Assembly (NCBI RefSeq): GCF_028641065.1 | Contig: NC_073383.1 | Coordinates: 52,390,001-52,454,000 of the forward strand | DNA from: Leucoraja erinacea | Taxonomy: Eukaryota | Direction: 5' to 3' | Length of the DNA: 64,000 nt | In this document: in pieces, positions 1 to 11,200 of the stretch | Numbering within the stretch: position 1 is the first letter of the stretch | Layout of the letters: each line of letters begins with the position of its first letter | Notes under the pieces: model-generated | Told to the model about the DNA's origin: nothing | What the model saw: the letters and a program-made list of their open reading frames with translations, nothing else | Database searches by the model: none | Program-made: the position numbers and the translations under genes

Positions 1-908
1 GGGGTGCAGTGTTAGCTGTGAGGAGGATGCTAGGAGACTGCAAGGTGACTTGGATAGGCTGGGTGAGTGGGTAAATGTTTGGCAGATGCAGTATAATGTG
101 GATAAATGCGAGGTTATCTATTTTGGTGGCAAAAACAGGAAAGCAGACTATTATCTAACTGGTGGCCGACTAGGAAAAGGGGAGATGCAGCGAGACCTGG
201 GTGTCATGGTACACCAGTCATTGAAAGTAGGCATGCAGGTGCAGCAGGCAGTGAAGAAAGCAAATGGTATGTTAGCTTTCATAGCAAAAGGATTTGAGTA
301 TAGGAGCAGGGAGGTTCTACTGCAGTTGTACAGGGTCTTGGTGAGACCACACCTGGAGTATTGCGTACAGTTTTGGTCTCCAAATCTTTGGAAGGACATT
401 ATTGCCATAGAGGGAGTGCAGAGAAGGTTCACCAGACTGATTCATGGGATGTCAGGACTGTCTTATGAAGAAAGACTGGATAGACTTGGTTTATACTCTC
501 TAGAATTTAGGAGATTGAGGGGATCTTATAGAAACTTACAAAATTCTTAAGGGGTTGGACAGGCTAGATGCAGGAAGATTGCTCCCGATGTTGGGGAAGT
601 CCAGGACAAGGGGTCACAGCTTAAGGATAAGGGGGAAATCCTTTAAAACCGAGATGAGAAGATCTTTTTTCACTCAGAGAGTGGTGAATCTCTGGAACTC
701 TCTGCCGTAGAGGGTAGTCGAGGCCAGTTCATTGGCTATATTTAAGAGGGAGTTAGATGTGGCCCTTGTGGCTAAGGGGATCAGAGGGTATGGAGAGAAG
801 GCAGGTACGGGATACTGAGTTGGATGATCAGCCATGATCATATTGAATGGCGGTGCAGGCTCGAAGGGCCGAGTGGCCTACTCCTGCACCTAATTTCTAT
901 GTTTCTAT
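1..908 (+). mobile_element. CR1-clade (HER1-like) LINE, 3' part
   Basis: ORF2 C-terminus motifs [27 protein letters not shown] and [13 protein letters not shown]; 3'UTR ends in a (TTTCTATG)n tail. Confidence 0.93.
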
Positions 909-1467
909 ATGGGGTACAAATCCACCGCAATGGGAACGTTCCAAACCAGCGCCATTCCTTCCATTTGGCTTATAAATTAATGTAAAATTTAAAAATCATG
1001 TTTTATTGTTAATTCTTTGTGAATGTTCTTTGGCCACTTAGGCTATTTAAAAATGTTAATATTTTCTTAAGAAATGGATAAATGTTTAGATCTATTAATT
1101 GAAGTTTGGAATTAGCTACAATTGGGTAACTTGCTAATTATATACTTTAATTTCAGGTCATCCAAGTAAGATTGTTTCATATTTGTTTCAGAATGCTTCA
1201 ATCTATAATAACTGAAAAAGTATTTCAGTTCTCTTAATTTTTAATAAAGTTATGGCCATTTCACTGTCCTCGATCACAGCTTTTGTGTTAAGTCAATGGA
1301 AAATCAATAGGGAATACGATGCTAATTTCCGAGTATGAAAATGGCCATAACTTTTTTAATACTGAAGATATGAAAGTGAATTCGTTGTCAAGTTAAACTT
1401 ATTTTTGTGCTTTATCTGATAAATTACAGACTTAATTTTTTAAATCTCAAAATTTTGTAACATTGCT

Positions 1468-3492
1468 GGACAATCACATGTGATGCGTCCCAGTATGGAC
1501 TTGGCGCTGCTTGCATACAGAGCTCTACCGATGGCGGCCACAGGCCTGTTGCCTACGCCTCCCGCACCCTGACTGAAACTGAAGAACATTACCCCCAAAT
1601 CGAAAAGGAATTACTTGCTGTGGTTTTTGCCTGCACGAAATTCAAACACTTTATTTTTGGAAAATCTGTGATTGTGCTGGTCACCATCCTGACCAAGACC
1701 ATCCACAGCCTGCAACAGATGATGATGCAGCTACAGCCCTTTGATTTTACTAGTCTACAAAAAGGGCAAGGACATGCAGATAGCTGACACACTATCAAGA
1801 GCCCCACACAAAACCTGCAAACAACAGCCCTCAGAACAGGACCAGTTCTCGGTAATGAAGGTGTCGTATGTTCCCACTGAATACCTAAGCAGCCTGGCAG
1901 AGCACACGGCTGCTGAAGAGACTCTACAATTACTGTCTTCAGTCATCCGACGCGGCTGGCCAGATAAACAACAGTGCCCCACTTGCGATTCGCCCAGTTC
2001 CACCTAGTTCGCGACTAATTGGTACTACAGGACGGGGTTATAGTCAAGGGTCACAAAGCAATCATCCCAGCCGTTCTTCGGGACAAGTACTTTGAAGCTG
2101 TCCACGGGAGCCACCTCGGTGTGGAAGCAAACCTACAACAAGCGCAGAGCACGTTTTACTGGCCTGGTATGACCAAGTCCATACACAAAAAAATTCGAAG
2201 TCTGCGCTATCTGCAACAGCCTAGCGCCACACCAACAGAAACAAACTTTGCTCTCGCACCCGGATCCTCCTCTGCCGTGGTACAGTCGCTACCGACATAT
2301 TCAAATGCCGTGAAAAACACTATCTGGTTGGTTTGAAATTCAGGCTGGTTTGAAATTGACCTACTCCAAACCGTCACATCTGACGCAGTCATCCAGAAGT
2401 TGTCACGCCACTTCTCCGTGCAGTTCCCCTGCATGTCTCCCATCTGATAACGGCACAGTTCACCAGCCAGTGCTTCAAAAACTTTGCTCAACTATGGGAT
2501 TTTCGACATGTCACCAGCAGCCCTGAATGTTCACAGGCTGTCCGGAGTGCCAAACAATTAATGGAGCGTTCACACCTTGCTAAATCCGACATTTATCTGG
2601 ACCTGCTCAACTTAAGGAACATCGCCCGCGATCCAATACTGGGATCTCCAGCCCAATGCCTGATGTCTCGTCAAACCCGTGCTGCCCTGCCCGTGCCCCA
2701 GCAGCTGCTGCAGCCACAGGTCCGTTCACCTCCCGTTGTCCAGAAACTCCAGCTGAAACGCGATGTACAGAAACGATCTTTCGACAAGTCCACCAATCCA
2801 CTCACACCTCTCTCCAGTGGACAAGTTGTTCGCCTTCAGACCGACAAGGGCTACGGCATTTTGGGTCACATTCACAGCCCCGCCAAAGAACCGCGCTCTT
2901 ACCTGGTAAGCGCGGACGGAGGCCTTTACAGACGCAACCGTCAACATCTCCTTCCTGTGAAGGAATCACGTCCTGCAGTTCCGTATCCAGAGGTCACACG
3001 TTTGATGTACCCTCCCACTGCCGGTCCGACTGCTCCCTTGCACCCAGTTGCTGCAGAACCACTGACCGTGCCCCCAGCGCCGTACTCTCCCGCTTTGCAG
3101 CCTCCACTCTGCGGGTCTCTGGTATCGTCCTCGGTTAATTTCCCGGTCACTTTCCTGGTGACAGGAGGAGACGTGGATTTATACCTCACCCGCGCTGGAC
3201 GGATCTATAGGCCACCCCTTAGATATGGAGATATAGATTTTGTGTAACCATCTATAGTATACATCCCTGTATGCGTTATTAGTGTTTGGTCATCACGTAT
3301 CAATGTGTATCTGCTTATTGGCTCACATTTTAGTTGTGTTTTATTTCAGTTCTACAAGGAAAGATGTAGATAGGTTACTTACACTAACCAATTGTAGTGC
3401 TTTATTAGTAGAAGCTCCGCCTACCATGTGGTTTATATTATCAGAATTCAGTTCATACTGTTAGTCGAATAGCTGCTACGCTTGCCTTAACA
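1468..3492 (+). mobile_element. Degenerate Gypsy/Ty3 LTR retrotransposon, 3' half (RNase H, integrase, probable 3' LTR remnant)
   Basis: TCDASQYGLGA, PVAYASRTLTETE.HYPQIEKELLAVVFAC, IADTLSR, HGSHLGVE/FYWPGM and LYRRNRQHL motifs with frameshifts. Purine run AAGGAAAGA is followed by TGTAG at 3365 and ACA at 3492. Confidence 0.88.
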
Positions 3493-3779
3493 ATGTGCTG
3501 AAGTGTACAGTGAGTAACCTTTAATAAATATGTTGTACCATGCTGTGCGAGTGACTGACCCTTTTACAAAAATGCATTTCTAAGATAAGCTCATCCCATC
3601 TGCCCACACATGATCCACACACCTTCGCTTGCAGCACACCCAAGTGCCCATCCAAAAGCCTATTAAATGCACTGTTCCATGGTGGAATTCTTAAGGCCTT
3701 AAAATGAGTGACTAATGAGATAGCAATGCATAATTGAGGCTGTTGAAGGAGATGACGAGTTCCACCAGTACTCCCCAAA

Positions 3780-5230
3780 CTCTTTCTCTGCTACATCAAA
3801 AACCATATCAGGGCTGCCTTCTGCACCCATGCAGAACTCTTTGATGTCATTAACCTTACCCCTAACTTCCATTTTGCCTTCAAATTCATTTGGACTATCT
3901 CTGGCATCTCTCTCACCTTTCTGATCTCTCTATCCGCATCACAGGATAGACTATTGACTGACATCTACTGCCGATCGACCAACTCCTCTGGTTATCTGGC
4001 CTACACTTCATCCCACCCTGCCTCTTGCAAAGACGCTATCCCCTACTCTCAATTTCTCCATCCCCACCGCATCTGCTTCCAAGATGGGCCTTTACATTCT
4101 AGGTTATTGAAGATGTCCTTTTACTTTGATAAACATCTCTGCTATAATCTGTCACCTGAGTCTTCTGTGTCCGTTGTTCTACCCTTGCTCCCCCCCCCCC
4201 CCCCCCCTCAGATAGAACGAGGATAGAGTTCCCCTGATCCTCAACTTTCACCCCACCAGCTTCCGCGTCCAACACATCATCATCCAACATTTCCGTCTTC
4301 TCCAAATTGATCCCACCAGTCACATCTTCTCATCCCCACGCCATTCTGCCGAAACTGATCTCCTTCATTCACTCATCCCTACCCATCCAAGCCACCCCTC
4401 CCCAGATATGTTCCCCTGCATTCTCAAGAGATATAACACTTGTCCCTATACCTCCTCCTTCAACTCTACCCATGGACCTCAGCAGTCCTTCCAGGTGCTA
4501 CAGAAGTTCATGTTCACCTCATCTAACCTTAGCTACTGCATCCGGTGTTCTCGATGTGACCTACTGTACATTGGCAAGACTAAGCATAGACCCGGTGACC
4601 ATTTACCCAAACACAGAATCGGTCCAGCATGGCCTGCAGCATATCTCGGTTGACATCCAGTTTAACTCCTCTTCCCATTCCCATACTGACCTTTCCATCC
4701 ATGGCTAAGATTATCCATTGCCAAGATGAAGTCATGAGGAAACTGGAGGAACAACACCTCACATTTTGCTTGTGTAGCTTTCAACCTGTATGAACATTGA
4801 AATCTCCAATTTTAGATAACTACATAACCCACCCCGTCTTTTTTTTCCTATGTAACCTCCCTTCTTCATTCGCCACCCCTTCCTTTCCCCGTGCCCCACT
4901 TGGATTTGCATCTATTTCCCTCCCCCTCCACCTGCATCCCTTCTATCTTCACAATTCACAACTCTTAAATCCTTTTGGCTCACACCTTCTGTCTTTTTGT
5001 CTTTGGCATATATCTATTTGCCTAATAAAAAAAGCCTCCTCATCTGTGTGGTCCTATTACAAGCCAAGTTTTGTCCTGTCTCTCCTCACTTTTATTACAC
5101 TTTCACCTCCACCCATATACTCAGTCCCAATCTGACAAAGGGTCCGGACCTGAATGGCACATATGCACCTATCCATGTCCTCCTGAGAGGCTGCCTAGCA
5201 TGGTGATTTACTCCAGCACTGTCTTCCAAG
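3780..5230 (+). mobile_element. Penelope-like element fragment (RT C-terminus + GIY-YIG endonuclease + terminus)
   Basis: TDIY...[23 protein letters not shown] and YCIRCSRCDLLYIGKT (GIY-YIG); degenerate hammerhead-like motif near 5130-5160. Confidence 0.85.
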
Positions 5231-5255
5231 GTTGAGAATGCTTTCATTTGTAATG

Positions 5256-6263
5256 AGCCTGTCCCACTTAGGCGATTTTTCAGGCATCTGCCAGCGACTG
5301 TCATGTTGCCGGCAGTAGCCTGGAAAACCGGCACACACACATCACAAAGGCAGGGGCCTGGGCAAGCGCTGTCTGAAATTCACATGCAAAGCCAAGGTGA
5401 TACAGGCACACACCGCGATGAACAGGAAGGTTGGCGCTGTAATTAAGACGGCTAGCACAGTGTACGATAAGTCCTTTAAAAGGGGGGGGGGGGAGAAGGG
5501 GCGAGGGAGGGAGAAGGAGTAGAGACAACTGTTAAGAAGCCCGACAACATTTAAGAAACAAGAGACACACGGCTGTGAAGTTCGGCGGACATTTAACATT
5601 ACCAGTTGGCTATCCTTGGTTCTGAAAACTACTGCTTACGTTTTTTTCCCCCAATGAAATTCACCAGTCAGCACTGGCCACAGCTTACGAGAACCTAAGA
5701 GAACTTTTGACCACCTGGCAACCCATTAGGACCTCCTTGCAACCCACCTACAGCTCGGGAATTCTCGCTACTCTCTAGGACGGCTTCATTCTAGTCACCG
5801 CTAATTTCTCAACAGGGCCTGTCCCACTTTGGCGACTTTTTAGGCGACTGCAAGAGACTTTGCCGTTGCCACATGTTCGCGGGTGGTTGCCGTGGAGTCG
5901 CCTTCAAGGTCGTGAATAATTCCCACAATTTGGGAACTAGTCGCGGCCTCATTATGGTCGCCGAGAATTTTTCAACATGTTGAAAAATTAGCAGCAACTA
6001 GAATTAAGTCGCAATGGAGAGTAGCGAGAATTCTCGAGTCTTAAGTGGGTCGCAAGGAGGTCCTAGTGGGTTGCCAGGATGTCCAAGGTTCTCATAGGTT
6101 GGAGCAGGTGCTGACCGGTGAATTTCATTGGCTCATTGGGGAAAAAAAAAAAAAAGTAAGCAGTAGTTTTCAGAACTAAGGAACCGACCGGTAATGCTAA
6201 ATGTCCGCCAAGCTTCATAACCGTGTATCTCTGGCTTCTTAAAAGTTATCTCCACTCATTCTC

Positions 6264-6301
<38 letters not shown>

Positions 6302-6451
6302 TCTTTTAAAGGACTTAACGTACACTGTGCTAGCCGTCTTAATTACAGCGCCAACCTTCCTGTCCATCGCGGAGTGTGTCTGTATCACCTTAGCTTTGCA
6401 CTTTACTGTCGCCGGCAGTCCGCTGAAAAATTGCCTAAGTGGGACAGGCCC
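5256..6451. mobile_element. Two oppositely oriented copies of a Harbinger-like MITE forming a large inverted repeat
   Basis: TIR GCCTGTCCCACTT at 5257 and 5817, and its complement AAGTGGGACAGGCCC ending ~6451. 5380-5800 is the reverse complement of ~5970-6400. Confidence 0.75.
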
Positions 6452-6912
6452 ATAACACTGCAAAGGTTGCAAAATATCTTTGGATGCTTCCAAGTGATAG
6501 AAAAATATTTATCTAGATGGCTGTCATCTGTGAGAAAGATTGTGTCTTTAAACATTGTGAAATTATATTTTATGACGATAACCACAGAAATATCTGGAAA
6601 TACTCATGGAGCATTCGTGAAAAGAATGGGATTAGCATTTCAGGCTGCTGGATGTTCATCAGACTCTTTTGTCCAGCATTTTACATTTTGCCTTAAGTTA
6701 TTGATCCCTTCGTAGATTCAATAATTTGAATCTCGAGTGTCTCATTGATTAAAAAGGAACAAATAGGTGTATACCAGAATCTGCAGTTCCTTCCTACACA
6801 CGGGGTTACCAGTGCAAATTGGAGGAACGGCACCTCGTATTTCTCTTGGACAGCTTACACCCCAGGGGTATATTGACTTCTCCAGCTTCAAGTAACCGTT
6901 GTACCTTCCGAC

Positions 6913-7350
6913 TATCTTCTTCTTCTATATAGTGTTTTTTGGCGGTTGGCAAACAACTTTTTTGGTGCATTACCGCCACCAACTGGCATGGAGTGTGGAT
7001 CAAACAACACCATTACATATTCTAATAACCTATATCCTTCCGAACAAATTGGTTACCCTAAGAAAAAGCATCAGAATTTGATAGCACTTATTTGAACTCC
7101 CTTGCAAAATATCTACCAAATCAAATTGTACTCCTTCTTTTCTGAACTGCTCACTCATCCGTTCTCTCTCCTCCTCATACCTCTCACAATGTACAATGAC
7201 ATGCTCTATCGTTTCCTCTTGCCCACAGTATTTACATCTGCCTGTATTATGCTTGCCCATTACAAAAAGTGTACTGTTCAGACCAGTGTGTCCAAATCTA
7301 ATTCTTGAAATCACTGTCTCCTCTTCTCTGTTCTTTCCTGCACATCTCAT
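6913..7350 (-). mobile_element. Nimb/I-clade LINE, 3' end
   Basis: EETVISRIRFGHTGLN...CKYCGQEETIEHVIVHC (C-terminal CCHC knuckle); 3'UTR hairpin GGTGGCGGTAATGCACC; (GAA)n tail. Confidence 0.8.
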
Positions 7351-7354
7351 CACC

Positions 7355-7600
7355 AGGGACTATACTGGATGTTGGACAATTTTATACTGGACAATTTTTA
7401 CATTTATCAAGCCAATTAATCAAACCAATTAACCTACAAACCTGTGGGTCTTTGGAATGCGGAGGAAACCGAAGATCTCGGAGAAAACACACGGGGAGAA
7501 CGTACAAACTCTGTACAGACAGCGCCCGTAGTCGGGATCGAACCCGGGTCTCTGGTGCTGCATTTTGCTGCAAGGTAGCAACTACCGCTGCGCCACCATG
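7355..7600 (-). mobile_element. tRNA-derived V-SINE (HE1-like)
   Basis: Minus strand: GGTGGCGCAGCGGTAG (A box), GGTTCGATCCC (B box), then core GCTGTCTGTACAGAGTTTGTACGTTCTCCCCGTG. Confidence 0.85.
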
Positions 7601-7934
7601 AAGGAAACCCAGGCTTTCCTTCTCTCTCCATTCCTCCCCCTTCCTAGTTCTCTGACCAGTCTAACTGTCCCCCTGATTAAATGTTATCTCTGTGTGCTTC
7701 GTTGTCATCCTCTTCTGGGTAACAATCGTTTTCCTTGAACCTCAACTCCTTTGATGTCTCGTTTTCACTTCCTTTATCTCTGTTGTCTCCCTCTCTTGAC
7801 TCTCAGTCTGAAGAAGAGTCAAGACCCGAAACGGCACTCATTCCTTCTCTCCAGAGCTGCTGCCTGTCCCGCTGAGTTACTCCAGCTTTTTGTGTCTATT
7901 CGGTTTAAACCAGCGTCTGCAGTTCCTTCCTGCA

Positions 7935-8225
7935 CTCGACTCGTTCGACCAACGGTTCGACCGACAGCATCGCGCGTTCAATGCGCCTGCGCGCACGGTT
8001 GCCGACGGTTGGCGCCCACGTGACCTGCTGTCCCACGGGGCAGCGCGTGGAGGGTCACGTGGACGAGATGGCTGCCGCTGCCGCTGCCGCCTTTAACCGC
8101 CTCTCCACCGGCTCCAAGTTGGGCCCGCAGTACGACCAAGAGGGCAATGTCATCGAGGTACTCAGCTCGGGGGTCGCAAGCCGAGTTGCCCCTTCTGTGG
8201 GGTAAATGTTCGCCTTTAGTATCGG
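7935..8225 (+). promoter_or_regulatory. CpG-rich CCDC93 promoter/5'UTR with an NRF1-like site and two E-box (CLEAR/USF-like) sites
   Basis: Dense CpG; TGCGCCTGCGC at 7982-7992; CCACGTGACC at 8016-8025 and GGTCACGTGG at 8053-8062, just upstream of the ATG. Confidence 0.75.
8068..8157 (+). CDS. CCDC93: CCDC93 coding exon 1
   Basis: ATG in a CpG-rich region with good Kozak context (gagATGg); 90 nt ending ...VIE|GTACTC; phase 0 joins exon 2. Confidence 0.85.
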
Positions 8226-11200
8226 GGGCAAAGAACAAGCTGGAGGAACTCAACGGGTCGAGCAGCGTCTGTGGATTTAACGGATGGTTGAAGCTTGGGG
8301 GTGGTGACCCTGCATCAGGGTTAAAGGGGGGGTGGAGGGAGCTTCGGTCACTGGGTTCCTCCAGCAGTTTGTTGTCGTTGCTCCAGATTACAGTATCTGC
8401 TGTCTATTGAGTTTCCATTGGAACTGCAGGATACTGTGAAAATAAACTTTGCCTGTTTTACTTGGTGATATTTTTGATTATGTTTGCATGCATTTAATTT
8501 AAAGATACAGCAAGGAAACAGGCCCTTCGGCCACAATGGTTTTATCCACTTTCTCATAAACCTCCTACACGTAAATGGCAATTTTTACAGAGGCCAATGA
8601 ACCTACAAGCTTGCATGTTTGGGGGAAGAAACCGGGGTACCCAGCGGAACCCCATGCAGTTACAGAGAGAATGTGCAAACTCCTCAGACAGCACCCTTGG
8701 ACAGGATTGAACATCTGCGTCTGGTGTTGTGAGGCAGCAGCTCTATCTCTAGTGCTTCTGTATTTGTTCAGGACATTTTGCCAGTTTTCTGGGGTTTTGT
8801 TTTGTTTCTTGTACAGGAGAACTAATAAACAGATATTTGTTTCTTTTTTGAAAATGCTTAATTTATCTTTATTTCTATACATTTCTTGGTGTTGATTTTA
8901 ATGTTTGACTTTTGCTCTTTGGCTATGATTTTCTCTCTGGACAAATGGTAGCCTGTATCTACTGCAAATGCTTTTTTATATTCCTACCTTTATTGTTTGG
9001 TGACATTCCTTAATAGATTTTTACTACTTTTAACTATTCTTTCCAAGTAAGCTTCTTAACTCTTTTAACCTACACATTGGTTGAGTGTGAAATATTGGGA
9101 GTACTAAACATATTGCTAGTCATCCTAAGGTATTTATAATTTTCTGGACACTAGATTTCCATAAACGAATTCAAAGCCAGATGAAATATAGCCCAACCTG
9201 TTGAATGGAGCAAAGGCTCAGCAATTTTTTTTTTTTTCAGGTGAAATGCCAGTGGTTTGGTCTGAGAGTGGTAGCAGTGTGGAATGAGCTTCCAGTGGAA
9301 GTGGTGGAGGCAGATTCATTGGTATCATTTAAAAATAAATTGGATAGGCATATGGATGAGAAGGGAATGGAGGGTTATGGTATGAGTGCAGGCAGGTGGG
9401 ACTAAGGGGAAAAAAAATTTGTTCGGCACGGACTTGTAGGGCCGAGATGGCCTGTTTCCGTGCTGTAATTGTTATATGGTTAATATGCTGTCCTTTAAAA
9501 GGGAATGAGGGAATTAGCCAATTAGCTAAACTTTATTGATGATAACATAATTAGAATCCATTCTCGGTATTGATATCAGCCATACTTCGGCATCCATAGA
9601 TGCTGCCTGACTTGATGAGTTCCTCTAGCAGTTATAGTTGTACAGCAGAGAAATTGACCCTTTGGCAGAATTTGTCCATGCTGACCAAGATGACCCATCA
9701 AAGCAGCAAGCATTTGGACCATAGCCATCAAAAATATTCCTATCCATGTGTCTGTCCAAAATGTTATTGTACCTGCTTTAATCACTTCAACTGGCAGCTC
9801 CTAATTCAGCCACCCACTGTTTAATAAAGTTGCCGAGTCTCAGGTTCCTAGTAAATCTTTCCCTTATAACCTTCTACGTGCTCTAATTCTTGATTTTGCC
9901 TACTCTGGGGGAAAATGACTCCATGCACTCGCCTTCATGATTTCAAACCTATCAGTTTCTTCCATTCCAAGGAATAAAGTCTGAGCCTGCCCAACATTTC
10001 TCTGTAGCTCAGGCCCTCAAATACCTGGACACGTACTTGGATAGGAATGGTTTTGAGGTGATATGGGCCAGACGTGGGAGTAGTGTAGACAGCAGTCTTG
10101 GTTGGCATATGCAGGTTGGGCCGAAGGGGCCTGTTTCCTTGCAGAATTTATTCAGTTCTAGCTGCATCCTTGCAAATCTTATCTGCATTATTTTTAGCTT
10201 AATTACTTCTTTCTTGTCGCAGGACGACAAAAACGGAGCACTTTTTTTTGCCTCAACTGTAGATACTTCAAAAATGAGGAATCAAAATAAAGTATGATTA
10301 ATTTTCTTCTGCAAAATATGTCAAAAGCAACCAGCAGTTGATAAGGGTGTGCACCTCATTGTCTCTCAGGGCAGTGGAGGCAGGGTCCTTCATTACATTC
10401 AGATAAGACTTGGAAATTAAAATCATGGCTAGGGATTCTGTACGAGATAGTGATATGAGGTTGACTAGGTCTTGTTTTTTGATAAGTACATCCAAGAGAG
10501 GCTAACTGGCTACTACCTATGTTTATGCCCTTTCAATAATTCTGCTCTGGGTTTCGAGCATCTGCAGAATCTTGTATTTTGGAGCACTTTGGTATAGCTT
10601 AGTTCTGTTTGATTGCTTGTGGTAAAGCTTCATCTGTTCCCAAGGAACTCTATGTTCATGCATTTAACCCATTGTTTATTACATTTAATGCATTCATTTT
10701 AGTCATATCTAATGGTTTCTGAGCAAGTAAAATAAAATGCAATCCTTGTAAAAATGTATTAATTTTTGACCTATTAGGTTGAAACTCGTGAGGATGAGGA
10801 ACAAAATGTCAAGTTGACAGAAATTTTAGAATTGCTGGTTGCTGCTGGATACTTTAGAGCAAGAATTAAGGGACTATCGCCATTTGATAAGGTGAGAATA
10901 ATAAATGCAGTTCCTTCATATCTTCGGCAGTTCCTTGGGATGAAAGATGATCCAGTCTGGTTATGCGTCCATTCTGCTTCTGCACCAGAAGGGCATTCTG
11001 CTTCTGAACCAGAAGTCCATTGTGCTTCTGAACCAGAAGTCCATTGTGCTTCTGAACCAGAAGTCCATTGTGCTTCTGAACCAGAAGTCCATTGTGCTTC
11101 TGAACCAGAAGTCTGAACCAGACATTGTGCTTCTGAACCAGAAGTCCATTGTGCTTCTGAACCAGAAGTCCATTGTGCTTCTGAACCAGAAGTCCATTGT

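Larger units (their letters stand above)
6805..7935 (+). mobile_element. Penelope-like 3' terminus interrupted by a Nimb LINE and a SINE
   Basis: 6805-6910 resembles the end of the 3780-5230 element (KLEERHL). It resumes ~7610 and includes a CTGAAGA...GAAAC motif at 7808-7832. Confidence 0.65.

Noticed and set aside
910-1467. Possible DNA transposon fragment between the CR1 and the Gypsy element
   Set aside because: No paired TIR, TSD or coding motif could be identified.
7500-7600. tRNA gene (A and B boxes)
   Set aside because: It is the head of a multi-copy SINE, continuing into SINE core and tail with no complete cloverleaf.
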